DNA of 64,000 nt from contig JBDKVA010000207.1 in the NCBI GenBank assembly GCA_039679375.1, forward strand, positions 23,333 through 87,332. Direction: 5' to 3'. The position numbers and the translations under genes were made by a program. The notes under the pieces were generated by a model that made no database searches, was not told the DNA's origin, and saw only the letters and a list, made by a program, of their open reading frames with translations. The stretch comes from Clostridiaceae bacterium. Its GTDB lineage: Bacteria; Bacillota; Clostridia; Acetivibrionales; DTU013. Of this stretch, positions 10,268 to 20,064 are shown one piece after another (the first letter of the stretch is position 1; each line of letters opens with the position of its first letter).

Positions 10268-10708
10268 ATGGGAGCAAAACAGATCCGATTTATCACCAGG
10301 GAGACGTTTGCCGGATATGGGACCGTAATTGAATTGAAACCGGATAGCCGGGATGGGTGGGAGATCGTAGTAAAAGTTGAAAACAGCGGCTGGAGGATAG
10401 CGGTACTGGAATTTTCCCGGCATACGGCAAGTATACTGGAAAATCATCCGCAGTCAAAGGAAAGCTTTGAGCCTCTGTACGGCACTGCTCTGCTTATTGT
10501 GGCTGAGAACAATGCACCGGACAGCTTTGAAGTTTTCCTTCTTGATAAGCCGGTGTGCCTTTTTGAAGGGGTATGGCACCAGGTGATATCACTGTCGCAA
10601 GTTTCATGCGTTAAAATAACAGAGAATCTTGAGGTGGCATGTGAGTTCCATGATCTTGGGGACGAAGTCACAGCTTGCGTCAATACCGCTTTACTCTGCC
10701 AGGTATGA
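10268..10708 (+). CDS. Cupin protein, ureidoglycolate-lyase (AllA)-like
   Basis: ITRETFAGYG N-terminus, LENHPQSKESF and GVWH metal-ligand motifs. Confidence 0.65.
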   Translation: MGAKQIRFITRETFAGYGTVIELKPDSRDGWEIVVKVENSGWRIAVLEFSRHTASILENHPQSKESFEPLYGTALLIVAENNAPDSFEVFLLDKPVCLFEGVWHQVISLSQVSCVKITENLEVACEFHDLGDEVTACVNTALLCQV

Positions 10709-10843
10709 CAAAAACAGGCAATAAATATTGTATATAAGTGTTGAATAATAATAACAGCTGGTAGATAATATTTATAAACGGAAGATTTATTCCGCGATGC
10801 GTGATTTGGCTGTAAGCGGCTGTTACTGCGGGGTAGAAGTGGT

Positions 10844-12700
10844 ATGAGTGCAAACAGTATGCCTGCAAAAATTAGGGATACCTTTCTTAACTTAAAAATC
10901 AGCACAAAAATCATGCTCTTTTATTTAGTGCTTCTCATTTTTTCAGTTGTTTTGAGCAGTGTCCTATACCAGAAAATTTATTCCAACATTATGTCAGGTA
11001 AAGTAAGCGAGGTTTCTCTCCAAACCTTGTATTCCATTAATTCAAATATTGATTCGATGATCGGAAATTCGAAAAACCTTTCTAAAATCATTATTGCAAG
11101 CGATGCCGTGCAAAAGGCGCTTAACGGCAAAGCTGATTACACGAATACAGCAGAGCCGGTCCAGTCGGATTCCAGACAGGAAAACGATTTTGGCGCAATT
11201 AACTCGGCAAATCTGGATGCGCAAAGATCTATTACAGCCTATGTTTCAGAATTAATTGAAGGATTTCCGTTTATTTCATCCATTTATATATTTGATAAAG
11301 CAAGCCAAAGGTACGGTATTGACAAACAGCAGCTTAAGAGTCTGAGAAAAAACGATATCAGTCTGGTAAGCTGGTATCAGGACGCAGTATCGGCAAAGGG
11401 CGGCTATATATTGAGGCAGAATGCAGGAGATGCATTTTATGATACCGGCAGTGAAAAATATTTATCGCTGATCAGAGTAATCAATGATATCGACAGCCAG
11501 AAGCCGATCGGGATATTGATATTGAATATTCCTGAGAACTCTTTCATCAATTCCTACAAGGACATCATTAATAAATATGATACGGACATCATGATCGTTG
11601 ACAGGAAAGGGCAGAGCATCGTAAATTTCAGGAACTTTGATCCTATAGATACCGGCAGGCTGATCAAGAATTCAAATAACGGTGAAACAGGATCAATAAA
11701 GGAGAAAATAGGCAGTACGGAATATCTGATATCGTATTTGAATATTCGCAAATATGAATGGAGGATTTTTAGTGTCATGCCATTTAACGAACTCTCAAAG
11801 GAATCCAGGATCTTCAGTGTAATTGCCTTTGTCGTGATAGCAATCAACAGTCTGTTCCTTTTCCTTGGCTCCATCATTATATCCAGAATGATTACGATCC
11901 CTTTGAAGAAATTGTTGAAATCAATGAAAAGCATTGAGAAGGGTGAATTCAAAAAGGTCGATATCAAAGCAGGGAAAGATGAAATCGGCAAGCTAAGGGA
12001 TGGATACAACATAATGATCACCGAGATCCAGAACCTGATCGAAAGATTGGTAGAGGACCAGAGGATGCAGCGCAAAGCAGAGCTTGAAGTGCTGCAGGCC
12101 CAGATTAAGCCGCATTTTCTTTATAACACGTTTGATGCGATCAGCTCACTTGCGCTTTCGGGAAAAAATACCGAGGTCTACAGGGTAATGAAAGCGCTCG
12201 GCAGCTATTACAGGGCAAGCCTTAATAAAGGAAGTGAAGTGATCACAATCGGAGAGGAAATTGAAATCGTACGAAATTATTTAACGATCCAGCAGGTGAG
12301 GTATGGAGATATTTTTTCCATAGATTACGATATTGATGAACGGACAACAAAGGTAAAAATATTAAAGCTGGTTCTGCAGCCTCTTGTTGAAAATGCTCTC
12401 TACCATGGAATCAAGCCAAAGGGTGAGAACGGTACGATTTCGATTACAACGAAATACTACAATAATTTTGTCATATTAACGATTGAAGACGACGGCGTCG
12501 GAATGGATGAAGAGGATGTACAGAAAATAATGAGCGGGAACCAGGGAGACAAAAAAGTTAGCTTCGGCCTGTGGGGCACGATTGAGAGGCTCAGGATATT
12601 TTACAATGAAGAGGATCTGTTTTTTATTGAGAGCAAAAAAAATGCCGGAACAAGGATCATCATCAATATACCGGTAAAAGGAGAGAATGAAAATGCCTGA
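10844..12700 (+). CDS. Sensor histidine kinase, YesM/LytS-like (dCache-HAMP-His_kinase-HATPase)
   Basis: Two TM segments, LQAQIKPHFLYNT, LQPLVENALYHG and IEDDGVGM. Confidence 0.93.
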   Translation: MSANSMPAKIRDTFLNLKISTKIMLFYLVLLIFSVVLSSVLYQKIYSNIMSGKVSEVSLQTLYSINSNIDSMIGNSKNLSKIIIASDAVQKALNGKADYTNTAEPVQSDSRQENDFGAINSANLDAQRSITAYVSELIEGFPFISSIYIFDKASQRYGIDKQQLKSLRKNDISLVSWYQDAVSAKGGYILRQNAGDAFYDTGSEKYLSLIRVINDIDSQKPIGILILNIPENSFINSYKDIINKYDTDIMIVDRKGQSIVNFRNFDPIDTGRLIKNSNNGETGSIKEKIGSTEYLISYLNIRKYEWRIFSVMPFNELSKESRIFSVIAFVVIAINSLFLFLGSIIISRMITIPLKKLLKSMKSIEKGEFKKVDIKAGKDEIGKLRDGYNIMITEIQNLIERLVEDQRMQRKAELEVLQAQIKPHFLYNTFDAISSLALSGKNTEVYRVMKALGSYYRASLNKGSEVITIGEEIEIVRNYLTIQQVRYGDIFSIDYDIDERTTKVKILKLVLQPLVENALYHGIKPKGENGTISITTKYYNNFVILTIEDDGVGMDEEDVQKIMSGNQGDKKVSFGLWGTIERLRIFYNEEDLFFIESKKNAGTRIIINIPVKGENENA

Positions 12701-14342
12701 GGATCTTCTGAAAGTAGTTATAGTAGACGATGAACACCTTGTAAGGAATTTGCTTAAGAACTGTATTGATTGGAAAGAGATAGGATATGAGATCGCAGGC
12801 GAGGCGTCCCATGCCCAGGAAGCGTTGGAGCTCGTTGAAAAGGTCAGCCCTGATGTTATCTTTACGGATATTTGCATGCCCTATATCGACGGAATAGAGT
12901 TTGCCAGGATCGTAACCGAAAAATATCCTTTGTTGAAAATTGTTATTCTCACAGGATACGAAGAATTTGAATATGCCAAAAGGAGCATTAAAATAGGGAT
13001 ATCGGACTTTTTACTGAAGCCTGTCAACGATGATGAGATCAGAAAAGTAGCACTGAATATCCGAAAGAAAATCGAATCGGAAAAAAATCATCAGGCAGAG
13101 AATGACAGACTTAGAGAGCATTTGGAGGAAAATATGCCATACCTCATGGAAAAGCTCCTGAACGAATTGGTACAGTACAACCTGGAGAATGAGGATCTGA
13201 GGCGACGTCTGGACTATTTCAGGATGAAAATCAACCCGGGGTGGATCCAGGTTGCAATTATTGAGGTTTTTTATCCTGAAACCGGAACGGAGATTGGTGA
13301 AGAAGAAAAGCTTCTTTTGAGAATGCAGAGCGTGCAGATGATCCGGCGTTATTTCAAGGAGGATACACAGATCCATATTTTTTGCGACAATAGCCAGCGA
13401 ATTGTCATTTTAAACAGCGACAGTGAAATAGAGCTGATAGATTGCCTTGAAGAATTAAAGGCATTATTTATTAACAGTCTGAAATGTTATGTATGTATGG
13501 GCGTCGGAAACCTCTATCATGCTTTGGATAAAGCAAGGCTTTCCTATAAGGAAGCCTGCAATGCCCTGGATTATAAGGTCATAACAGGTAAAAACCAGAT
13601 CATTCATTATTGCGATATTAATTTTCAGATGGCAGATCAATATCAGATACAAAATGAGCAGATCGAATCTCTTGAATTTTTTCTGAAGGCAGGAATGGAG
13701 GCGAAGGCAATTGAGCTTCTGGATTCGATCTTCAATGAAAATAATCTTGGGCAGAGGGCAGACATTGATACTTTGAGGGCGATTGCATCCAACATCGTTT
13801 CAGTTGTATTAAACGTAACAACCAAGATCGGGATACGTATTTCAGATGTGTTCATAAATAATACCCAGCCGTTTGACAAGGTATTCAAGCTTGATACCCT
13901 GCCTGACGTAAAAGGCTATCTGAAGAATCTGATCACATCAGCAATCAATACGATCGGACGTATTCAAAACAAGAAAGTTAACCAGGCGGTCAGGCAGGTT
14001 GTTGACTATCTGCAGGAAAACCTTTCAAACAGCGAGCTTTCGCTAACCAATACAGCTAGAGTATTTTACATGAATGCAAGTTACTTAAGCAGAATTTTCA
14101 AGCAGGAGACGGGACAGACATTCATAGAATACCTTACAAAGGAAAGAATGGAGAAAGCGATCAGCCTTATGAAGGAAACGGATCTAAAAGCTTATCAGAT
14201 TGCAGAAAAGGTAGGTATTGTCGATCCGCATTATTTCGGGATCTGTTTCAAAAAATTCACCGGAATGTCTGTCAATGATTTCAAGAGAGAGGATACGGAT
14301 CGTATGCTCAGGCGGAAAGAATCATGTGGGTGTGCCGATTGA
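12693..14342 (+). CDS. Response regulator, YesN-like (REC + AraC HTH)
   Basis: VVIVDDE, TDICMP and LLKP in the receiver domain. C-terminal AraC motifs YLSRIFKQETG and YFGICFKKFTG. Confidence 0.93.
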   Translation: MPEDLLKVVIVDDEHLVRNLLKNCIDWKEIGYEIAGEASHAQEALELVEKVSPDVIFTDICMPYIDGIEFARIVTEKYPLLKIVILTGYEEFEYAKRSIKIGISDFLLKPVNDDEIRKVALNIRKKIESEKNHQAENDRLREHLEENMPYLMEKLLNELVQYNLENEDLRRRLDYFRMKINPGWIQVAIIEVFYPETGTEIGEEEKLLLRMQSVQMIRRYFKEDTQIHIFCDNSQRIVILNSDSEIELIDCLEELKALFINSLKCYVCMGVGNLYHALDKARLSYKEACNALDYKVITGKNQIIHYCDINFQMADQYQIQNEQIESLEFFLKAGMEAKAIELLDSIFNENNLGQRADIDTLRAIASNIVSVVLNVTTKIGIRISDVFINNTQPFDKVFKLDTLPDVKGYLKNLITSAINTIGRIQNKKVNQAVRQVVDYLQENLSNSELSLTNTARVFYMNASYLSRIFKQETGQTFIEYLTKERMEKAISLMKETDLKAYQIAEKVGIVDPHYFGICFKKFTGMSVNDFKREDTDRMLRRKESCGCAD

Positions 14343-14438
14343 AGCATGCCAGTGCCGCCAACGAGGCAATCAAAACCAAGGTACGCTGTACCGGCTGAAA
14401 TACGGCGGCATTGAGGCTTAATAATTGTAATGCCATAG

Positions 14439-14485
14439 ACGTTCTGTACAGGCAAAACAAATGTCTGCATAGAACGTTCTTTTTT
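14439..14485 (+). terminator. Rho-independent terminator of the two-component operon
   Basis: ACGTTCTGTACAGGCA-aaacaaa-TGTCTGCATAGAACGT followed by a T6 tract. Confidence 0.75.
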
Positions 14486-14517
14486 GTTTAAATTATGCCG
14501 ATATATGATTTGAGAAA

Positions 14518-14546
14518 TAGAAAATGTGTAAATTGAATGTTATAAT
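14518..14546 (+). promoter_or_regulatory. Putative sigma-A promoter for the TPR-GGDEF cluster
   Basis: TAGAAA-17 bp-TATAAT with an extended -10 TG. Confidence 0.5.
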
Positions 14547-14642
14547 AAAGGTGTACATTAGTACTGCCGATTAGTGGATATTTGTATCACTGCCTTATAT
14601 GAGAATTGTGTTTTACTATCATTCTACGAAAGGCTAAAATTT

Positions 14643-16205
14643 ATGGATGATACGATTGTGAAAAATCAAATAGATGAAATGATAGAAAAAATAGAAGAAA
14701 CACGATTTTCCGACAGCAAGACAGCGCTTGACATGTCTTTTGAGGCATTGGCTTTAAGCAGGCAGAAGAATTATCCTCAGGCGGAGGCAATTCTGCTATT
14801 GAAAATCGGCAGTATTTACAGAAATATCAGCGAATATGAAAAAGCAATCGAATATGTTATGCTGTCGGTTCCATTGCTGGAATTGTATAATCTGGACTAC
14901 CATCTATGCACAGCTTTTATATCATTCGGTAATATTTTTTTCAATTTGTCCTATTATGAAACAGCCTTTGACTACTATAACAGATCAGTTTATATTGCCA
15001 CCAGGTATCAATTTTATGACAGACTCAGTATGGCTTACAACAACATTGGTGAAATATATAAAATGCTATTGGATTATGATAAAGCCTTGTATTATTACAA
15101 AAAAAGCCTGGATGAAGATAAAAGGGTCGGATACAAAGCGTGTAAGGGATTTCCTTATGTTAATATTGCTGAAATCAATTATCTGGCCGGTAACTGCGAT
15201 GAAGCGCTAAGACTCATTCGGATCGGCGATACGATGTTAAAACGGTATAATTATGAGTTGCTTCTATGCGAAGTTTATAAAATATACGCACAGATATATT
15301 GGAAACTGAAAAATTCCGACAAAGCCAGAGACTATTTTATACAGGCGCTTAAAGCTGCAGATGAGAAAATGGCTTATGATTACAAGATCGGTATCCTTAT
15401 ATCGTATCATCAGTTTCTGGTTGAGAAGGAGCAAATGGGTGAAGCCATTGAAGCTTTGACAGATGCTTATACTCTTTCTTCGGCAAACCATTTGCATGAA
15501 AAATCCATCCTGATATGCCAATACTTCACGGAAATTTATGAAAAAAAAGGAGATTACGAGACGGCCTTAAAATATTACAAGCTGTATATCTTTCATGATA
15601 GGGAGCAGTATAAGCAGCGAATCAGCCAAATAAGCGAGGGAATTGAATTAAGAATAAAAACGGAAGAAATCAAGCTGCAGTCTGAAATAGATTCCCTTAC
15701 CGGCATACCAAACCGAAGGAAATTCTTCCAGTTCATAAAATCGGAATGGGAGCGTTCAATTAAATATAGCTATACTTTATCACTCATTATGATCGATATC
15801 GACTTTTTTAAGGAGTTTAACGACAGTTACGGCCACCCTGAAGGCGATAAGTGCCTGATAACAATTGCCAATCTTATGACCGGATTGACAGATAAAAATT
15901 TTTTATTATCCCGCTTTGGCGGCGACGAATTTATTGCTGTCCTGCCACAGACCTCCATCGCCGTAGCTAATGCTTTTGCAGAATTGTTGCGGCAGGCGGT
16001 TGTGAATGAAAAAATCGGCCACCGGTACTCATTGGTATCGGATTATGTGACAATTACGCTGGGCGTTGCTTCCGTGGTTCCGACTGAAGGCATGAACCTG
16101 AATGATTTTATCAAGCTGGCCGATGACGCTTTGTATCATGCAAAAAGAAATGGTCGTAACAAGGTGAGCGGGAAGGAAATGCATGCCTATGGATACAATA
16201 AATGA
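14643..16205 (+). CDS. TPR-repeat diguanylate cyclase 1
   Basis: TPR helices (AYNNIGEIY...ALYYYKKSL), then DSLTGIPNRR, DIDFFKEFND and RFGGDEF. Start chosen by alignment with the paralogs. Confidence 0.9.
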   Translation: MDDTIVKNQIDEMIEKIEETRFSDSKTALDMSFEALALSRQKNYPQAEAILLLKIGSIYRNISEYEKAIEYVMLSVPLLELYNLDYHLCTAFISFGNIFFNLSYYETAFDYYNRSVYIATRYQFYDRLSMAYNNIGEIYKMLLDYDKALYYYKKSLDEDKRVGYKACKGFPYVNIAEINYLAGNCDEALRLIRIGDTMLKRYNYELLLCEVYKIYAQIYWKLKNSDKARDYFIQALKAADEKMAYDYKIGILISYHQFLVEKEQMGEAIEALTDAYTLSSANHLHEKSILICQYFTEIYEKKGDYETALKYYKLYIFHDREQYKQRISQISEGIELRIKTEEIKLQSEIDSLTGIPNRRKFFQFIKSEWERSIKYSYTLSLIMIDIDFFKEFNDSYGHPEGDKCLITIANLMTGLTDKNFLLSRFGGDEFIAVLPQTSIAVANAFAELLRQAVVNEKIGHRYSLVSDYVTITLGVASVVPTEGMNLNDFIKLADDALYHAKRNGRNKVSGKEMHAYGYNK

Positions 16206-17742
16206 TAAAAAGAAAATCGACAATATGCTTGATCATATTGAGAAGATAAGGTTTTCAGATAGTAAAGCTGCGATGGATATTGCGCTAAATGCATTAGAAT
16301 TAAGCAAAGAAATTAATTACCCTCAGGCCGAATCAATACTGTTGCTTAAGATCGGCGGTATTTATGTCAATATCGGTGAATATGCCAAAGCTACCGATTA
16401 CATATCAGTGTCTATTCCCTTGCTGGAACTGTATAATCTGCAGTATCACATATGTACGGCTTATTTAACTCTCGGAGCGATATTTTACCAGATATCCGGT
16501 TACGAAGCAGCATTTGATTATTTCAGCAAATCAGCAGATATAGCAAAGAGATTTCAGTTTACGGATATGCTTAGCATTACCTATAATAATATTGGCGCAG
16601 TGTGCAGAAAATTGCTGGATTATGAAAAAGCATTGCTCTATTACCAAAAAAGCTACGAAGAGGATAAGAAGACAGGCTTCTCATCATGCAAAGGCGTATA
16701 CTATGAGAACACTGCCGAGATTTATTATCTGACGGGAGATTATGACAAAGCGCTGGAGCATGCAACGATAGCAATTGAAAAAATGAAGAGCATAAAATAT
16801 GATAATGCGCTTTGTGAAGTATATGAGACTTTAGCTCTTGTTTACTGGAAACTGAACAAATATGAGGAAGCCGGCAGTTATTTCTCCAAAGCGCTGGATA
16901 TTGCAGAAAATAAAATGGTGTATAGCTGCAAAATAAGCGTGCTTATAAACTATCACCAGTTTTTAACCGAACAGGGGCAAACCGATCCGGCAGTGAAGGC
17001 GTTAACGGAAGCATACACATTGGCTAAGACAAATAATCTGCATGAAAAATCAATTATTATATGCGGGCTTTTTTCTGAAATGTATGATAAGTGTAATAAC
17101 ATGGAAGCGTCTCTTAATTACCATAAATTATATGTTTATCATAATCAGCAGCTTCAAAAGGATCGATTGAATCAAATAACAGAAGGGATCAAATTGAGAA
17201 TCAAGACAGAGGAGATCAGGCAGCAGTCGGAATTTGATCCATTAACCGGCATACCAAACCGGCGCAGGTTTGTTCAATTTATAAATTCCGAATGGGAGCT
17301 TTCCAAATTGCAAAACAAGCCGCTTTCAATTATTATGCTGGATATAGACTTTTTTAAAGAATTTAATGATATTTATGGGCATCCTGAAGGAGATAAATGC
17401 TTGATATCTATTACCGCATGTTTAGCCGGATTGCTGAAAAATAACTATTTACTCGCCCGATATGGAGGAGATGAGCTTATTACTGTTTTACCAAACACAT
17501 CCCTTGCAGAGGCGGCTGAGTTTGCCGAAGCTATGCGGCAGGCTGTGCTGAATGAAAAGATATGTCATTCGCGTTCAACTGTATCCGATTATGTTACCAT
17601 AACTCTTGGCGTGGCTTCAGCCGTACCCTCCGATAATTTAAAGCCGGATGATTTTATCAAACAAGCTGATGACGCCCTATATGATGCAAAAAGAAGAGGA
17701 AGAAACAAAGTGTGCAGGAAGGCTTATAACCATGATAAATGA
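16183..17742 (+). CDS. TPR-repeat diguanylate cyclase 2 (GGDEL variant)
   Basis: Same architecture, with DPLTGIPNRR, DIDFFKEFND and RYGGDEL. Overlaps the end of gene 1. Confidence 0.9.
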   Translation: MPMDTINDKKKIDNMLDHIEKIRFSDSKAAMDIALNALELSKEINYPQAESILLLKIGGIYVNIGEYAKATDYISVSIPLLELYNLQYHICTAYLTLGAIFYQISGYEAAFDYFSKSADIAKRFQFTDMLSITYNNIGAVCRKLLDYEKALLYYQKSYEEDKKTGFSSCKGVYYENTAEIYYLTGDYDKALEHATIAIEKMKSIKYDNALCEVYETLALVYWKLNKYEEAGSYFSKALDIAENKMVYSCKISVLINYHQFLTEQGQTDPAVKALTEAYTLAKTNNLHEKSIIICGLFSEMYDKCNNMEASLNYHKLYVYHNQQLQKDRLNQITEGIKLRIKTEEIRQQSEFDPLTGIPNRRRFVQFINSEWELSKLQNKPLSIIMLDIDFFKEFNDIYGHPEGDKCLISITACLAGLLKNNYLLARYGGDELITVLPNTSLAEAAEFAEAMRQAVLNEKICHSRSTVSDYVTITLGVASAVPSDNLKPDDFIKQADDALYDAKRRGRNKVCRKAYNHDK

Positions 17743-19264
17743 AAGCGCTCGAAAACAAATAGATGATATGATTGAGGATATTGAGAAAATTATCTATGCA
17801 GATAATAAAACGGCTTTGGAAAAAGCGCAATATGCGTACAAATTGAGCAAAGAAGCCGATTACCCACAGGGAGAAGCGATTTTACAGTTAAAGATGGGTT
17901 TTATTTATTCAAATATTAGTGAATACACAAAAGGTATTGATTACATCATGGCATCCATTCCAATGCTTGAGGCTTATAATTTGAATTATCATATTTGTTC
18001 CGCCTTTATTATGCTTGGTAATGTTTTTCTTGAATTAGCTAATTACGAAACAGCTTTCGATTATTATAACAAATCGGTTTATATAGCCAGGAAGCACCAG
18101 CTTTCCGGCAGGCTTAGTATAGCATACAATAATATAGGCGAAATCTATAAAAATTTATCAAACTATGAAAAGGCGATATACTATTATGAGAAAGGGCTCT
18201 CAGTGGATCAGCTCATGGCCTGCAAGGGGATAGCCCATCTCAACCTGGCGGAAATCAATTATTCCAGGGCAAATTACGATGAGGCTCTAAGGCTTCTTCC
18301 TATTGCACTTGAATTGCTGACAAAATATAATTACGAAATTCATTTTTGCGAAATTTATAAGATATATGCGCTTGTTTACTGGAAGCTCAAGGATTATGAA
18401 AAGGCAGAGCGCTATTTTTTGGAAGCCATTAATATAGCAAATGAAAAATCAGTATACTTTAACAAAATCAACATACTGATACAGTATCACCAGTTTTTAG
18501 AGGAACAGGAGCAAAATGAACGGGCTGTTACTGTATTGACCGACGCCTATTCACTTTCTATAGCAAACAACATCAATGAAAAATCTCTTGAAATATGCTT
18601 TCATTTTACCCAAATGTATGAAAAGGTCAATGACAAGGACTCAGCATTGAAATATTACAAGCTTTATATATATCATAATCAGGAGCAGCTGAAGGAGAGA
18701 AATAAACAAATCAAAGAGGGCATCAGCTTAAGAGTAAGGACAGATGAAATCAAACTGCAATCGGAAATTGATGCGCTGACCGGCATACCAAACCGCAGGA
18801 AATTCCTTCAGTATTACAGCAAGCAGTGGTCGAACTCAAAATTGCAGGGCTATTCAATGGCACTGATCATGATGGATATCGATTTTTTCAAAGAATATAA
18901 TGATAATTATGGCCACATTGAAGGGGATAAATATCTGAACAGAATTGCCACTTTATTGACAGAACGGTTGGGAAACCAGAATTTCCTGTCTCGCTACGGT
19001 GGGGATGAATTCATTGCTGTCATTCCGAATACGGATCTGCGTAGTGCGGTTGAAGTAGCGGAATCTTTGCGTCAAGCTGTAATGGCTGAAAAAATCGAGC
19101 ACAAACATTCGGAAATATCCGAATATGTCACGATGACATGCGGTGTGGCAGCTATTGTTCCAAATGATGAAAAAGATGCAGACAGCCTGGTCAAGCAAGC
19201 AGATGATGCATTGTATGAGGCCAAGAAAAACGGGCGGAACAGGGTAATGAGTTATTGCGAGTAA
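17732..19264 (+). CDS. TPR-repeat diguanylate cyclase 3
   Basis: Same architecture, with DALTGIPNRR and RYGGDEF. ATG 17732 follows AGGAAGG and aligns with the paralog N-termini. Confidence 0.9.
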   Translation: MINESARKQIDDMIEDIEKIIYADNKTALEKAQYAYKLSKEADYPQGEAILQLKMGFIYSNISEYTKGIDYIMASIPMLEAYNLNYHICSAFIMLGNVFLELANYETAFDYYNKSVYIARKHQLSGRLSIAYNNIGEIYKNLSNYEKAIYYYEKGLSVDQLMACKGIAHLNLAEINYSRANYDEALRLLPIALELLTKYNYEIHFCEIYKIYALVYWKLKDYEKAERYFLEAINIANEKSVYFNKINILIQYHQFLEEQEQNERAVTVLTDAYSLSIANNINEKSLEICFHFTQMYEKVNDKDSALKYYKLYIYHNQEQLKERNKQIKEGISLRVRTDEIKLQSEIDALTGIPNRRKFLQYYSKQWSNSKLQGYSMALIMMDIDFFKEYNDNYGHIEGDKYLNRIATLLTERLGNQNFLSRYGGDEFIAVIPNTDLRSAVEVAESLRQAVMAEKIEHKHSEISEYVTMTCGVAAIVPNDEKDADSLVKQADDALYEAKKNGRNRVMSYCE

Positions 19265-19337
19265 AACGGAAATTTGAATGCAAATAAAACGGTTGAAATT
19301 ACCGTACAATTTTAGGAAAAATAAGGAGGCGGCCGGA

Positions 19338-19979
19338 TTGGAAAAGGTTTATACGATCAGAAAAATAAAGGAAGCAGGATCGGTCCGGGGTATTAATTGG
19401 GACAAGACCGATAGAGCGGATATAGATTGTTATCCGTGGGATCAGAATGGCTATAAGCCAAAGACGGAAGCAAGGGTCGCATATGACGCGAAGGGTTTTC
19501 ATGTATTGCTTTTATCTTATGAGAAGGAGATCATGGCAACCCGTGAAAAGCAGAACGACGCAGTATACAGGGACAGCTGCATGGAATTTTTCTTCAAACC
19601 GGATCTGGAAAAGGACGGCAGATATTTTAATTTTGAGTTCAACCCGCTGGGAACTTTAACTTTGGGCTTGGGCAGCGGCAGGAATGACCGTATCAGGCTT
19701 GCTGATAATGAAATATTTCAAATCCGTACTTCCGTTACTAAAGATACTATAAAAAATTATACCGGCCCATTTTGGAGCATTCAATTCATGATACCATTTG
19801 AGTTTATTGAAAGGCATTTTGGAAAGCTTGGCTTCGGGCCCGGCATGAAAATGACAGGAAACTTTCAAAAATGTGCGGAAGATACGGAATATCCGCATCA
19901 TGGCTGCTGGAATGAAATTACAAGCAAAGCTCCCGATTTTCACAGGCCGGAATGCTTTGGCAGCTTGATCCTTGCATAG
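19338..19979 (+). CDS. Carbohydrate-binding family 9-like (DOMON-like) protein, no signal peptide
   Basis: Motifs VYRDSCMEFF, YFNFEFNPLG, GNFQKC and PDFHRPECFG. TTG 19338 follows a strong AAGGAGG. Confidence 0.78.
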   Translation: MEKVYTIRKIKEAGSVRGINWDKTDRADIDCYPWDQNGYKPKTEARVAYDAKGFHVLLLSYEKEIMATREKQNDAVYRDSCMEFFFKPDLEKDGRYFNFEFNPLGTLTLGLGSGRNDRIRLADNEIFQIRTSVTKDTIKNYTGPFWSIQFMIPFEFIERHFGKLGFGPGMKMTGNFQKCAEDTEYPHHGCWNEITSKAPDFHRPECFGSLILA

Positions 19980-20064
19980 GAGTTTTTAATCTTACGTATG
20001 AGGCAGAAACCGTGCAATATGCGTATGTTTTGATGGAGTAAACCGGATAAGAACAGCTGCCATG

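Noticed and set aside
14343-14436. Possible c-di-GMP riboswitch or signalling-peptide ORF (MPVPPTRQSKPRYAVPAEIRRH) upstream of the cyclase triad
   Set aside because: A 10-bp stem exists (14350-14359 with 14404-14413), but I see no class I or II consensus and it lies upstream of the terminator and the cyclase promoter. The 22-codon ORF has no RBS or signal-peptide character.
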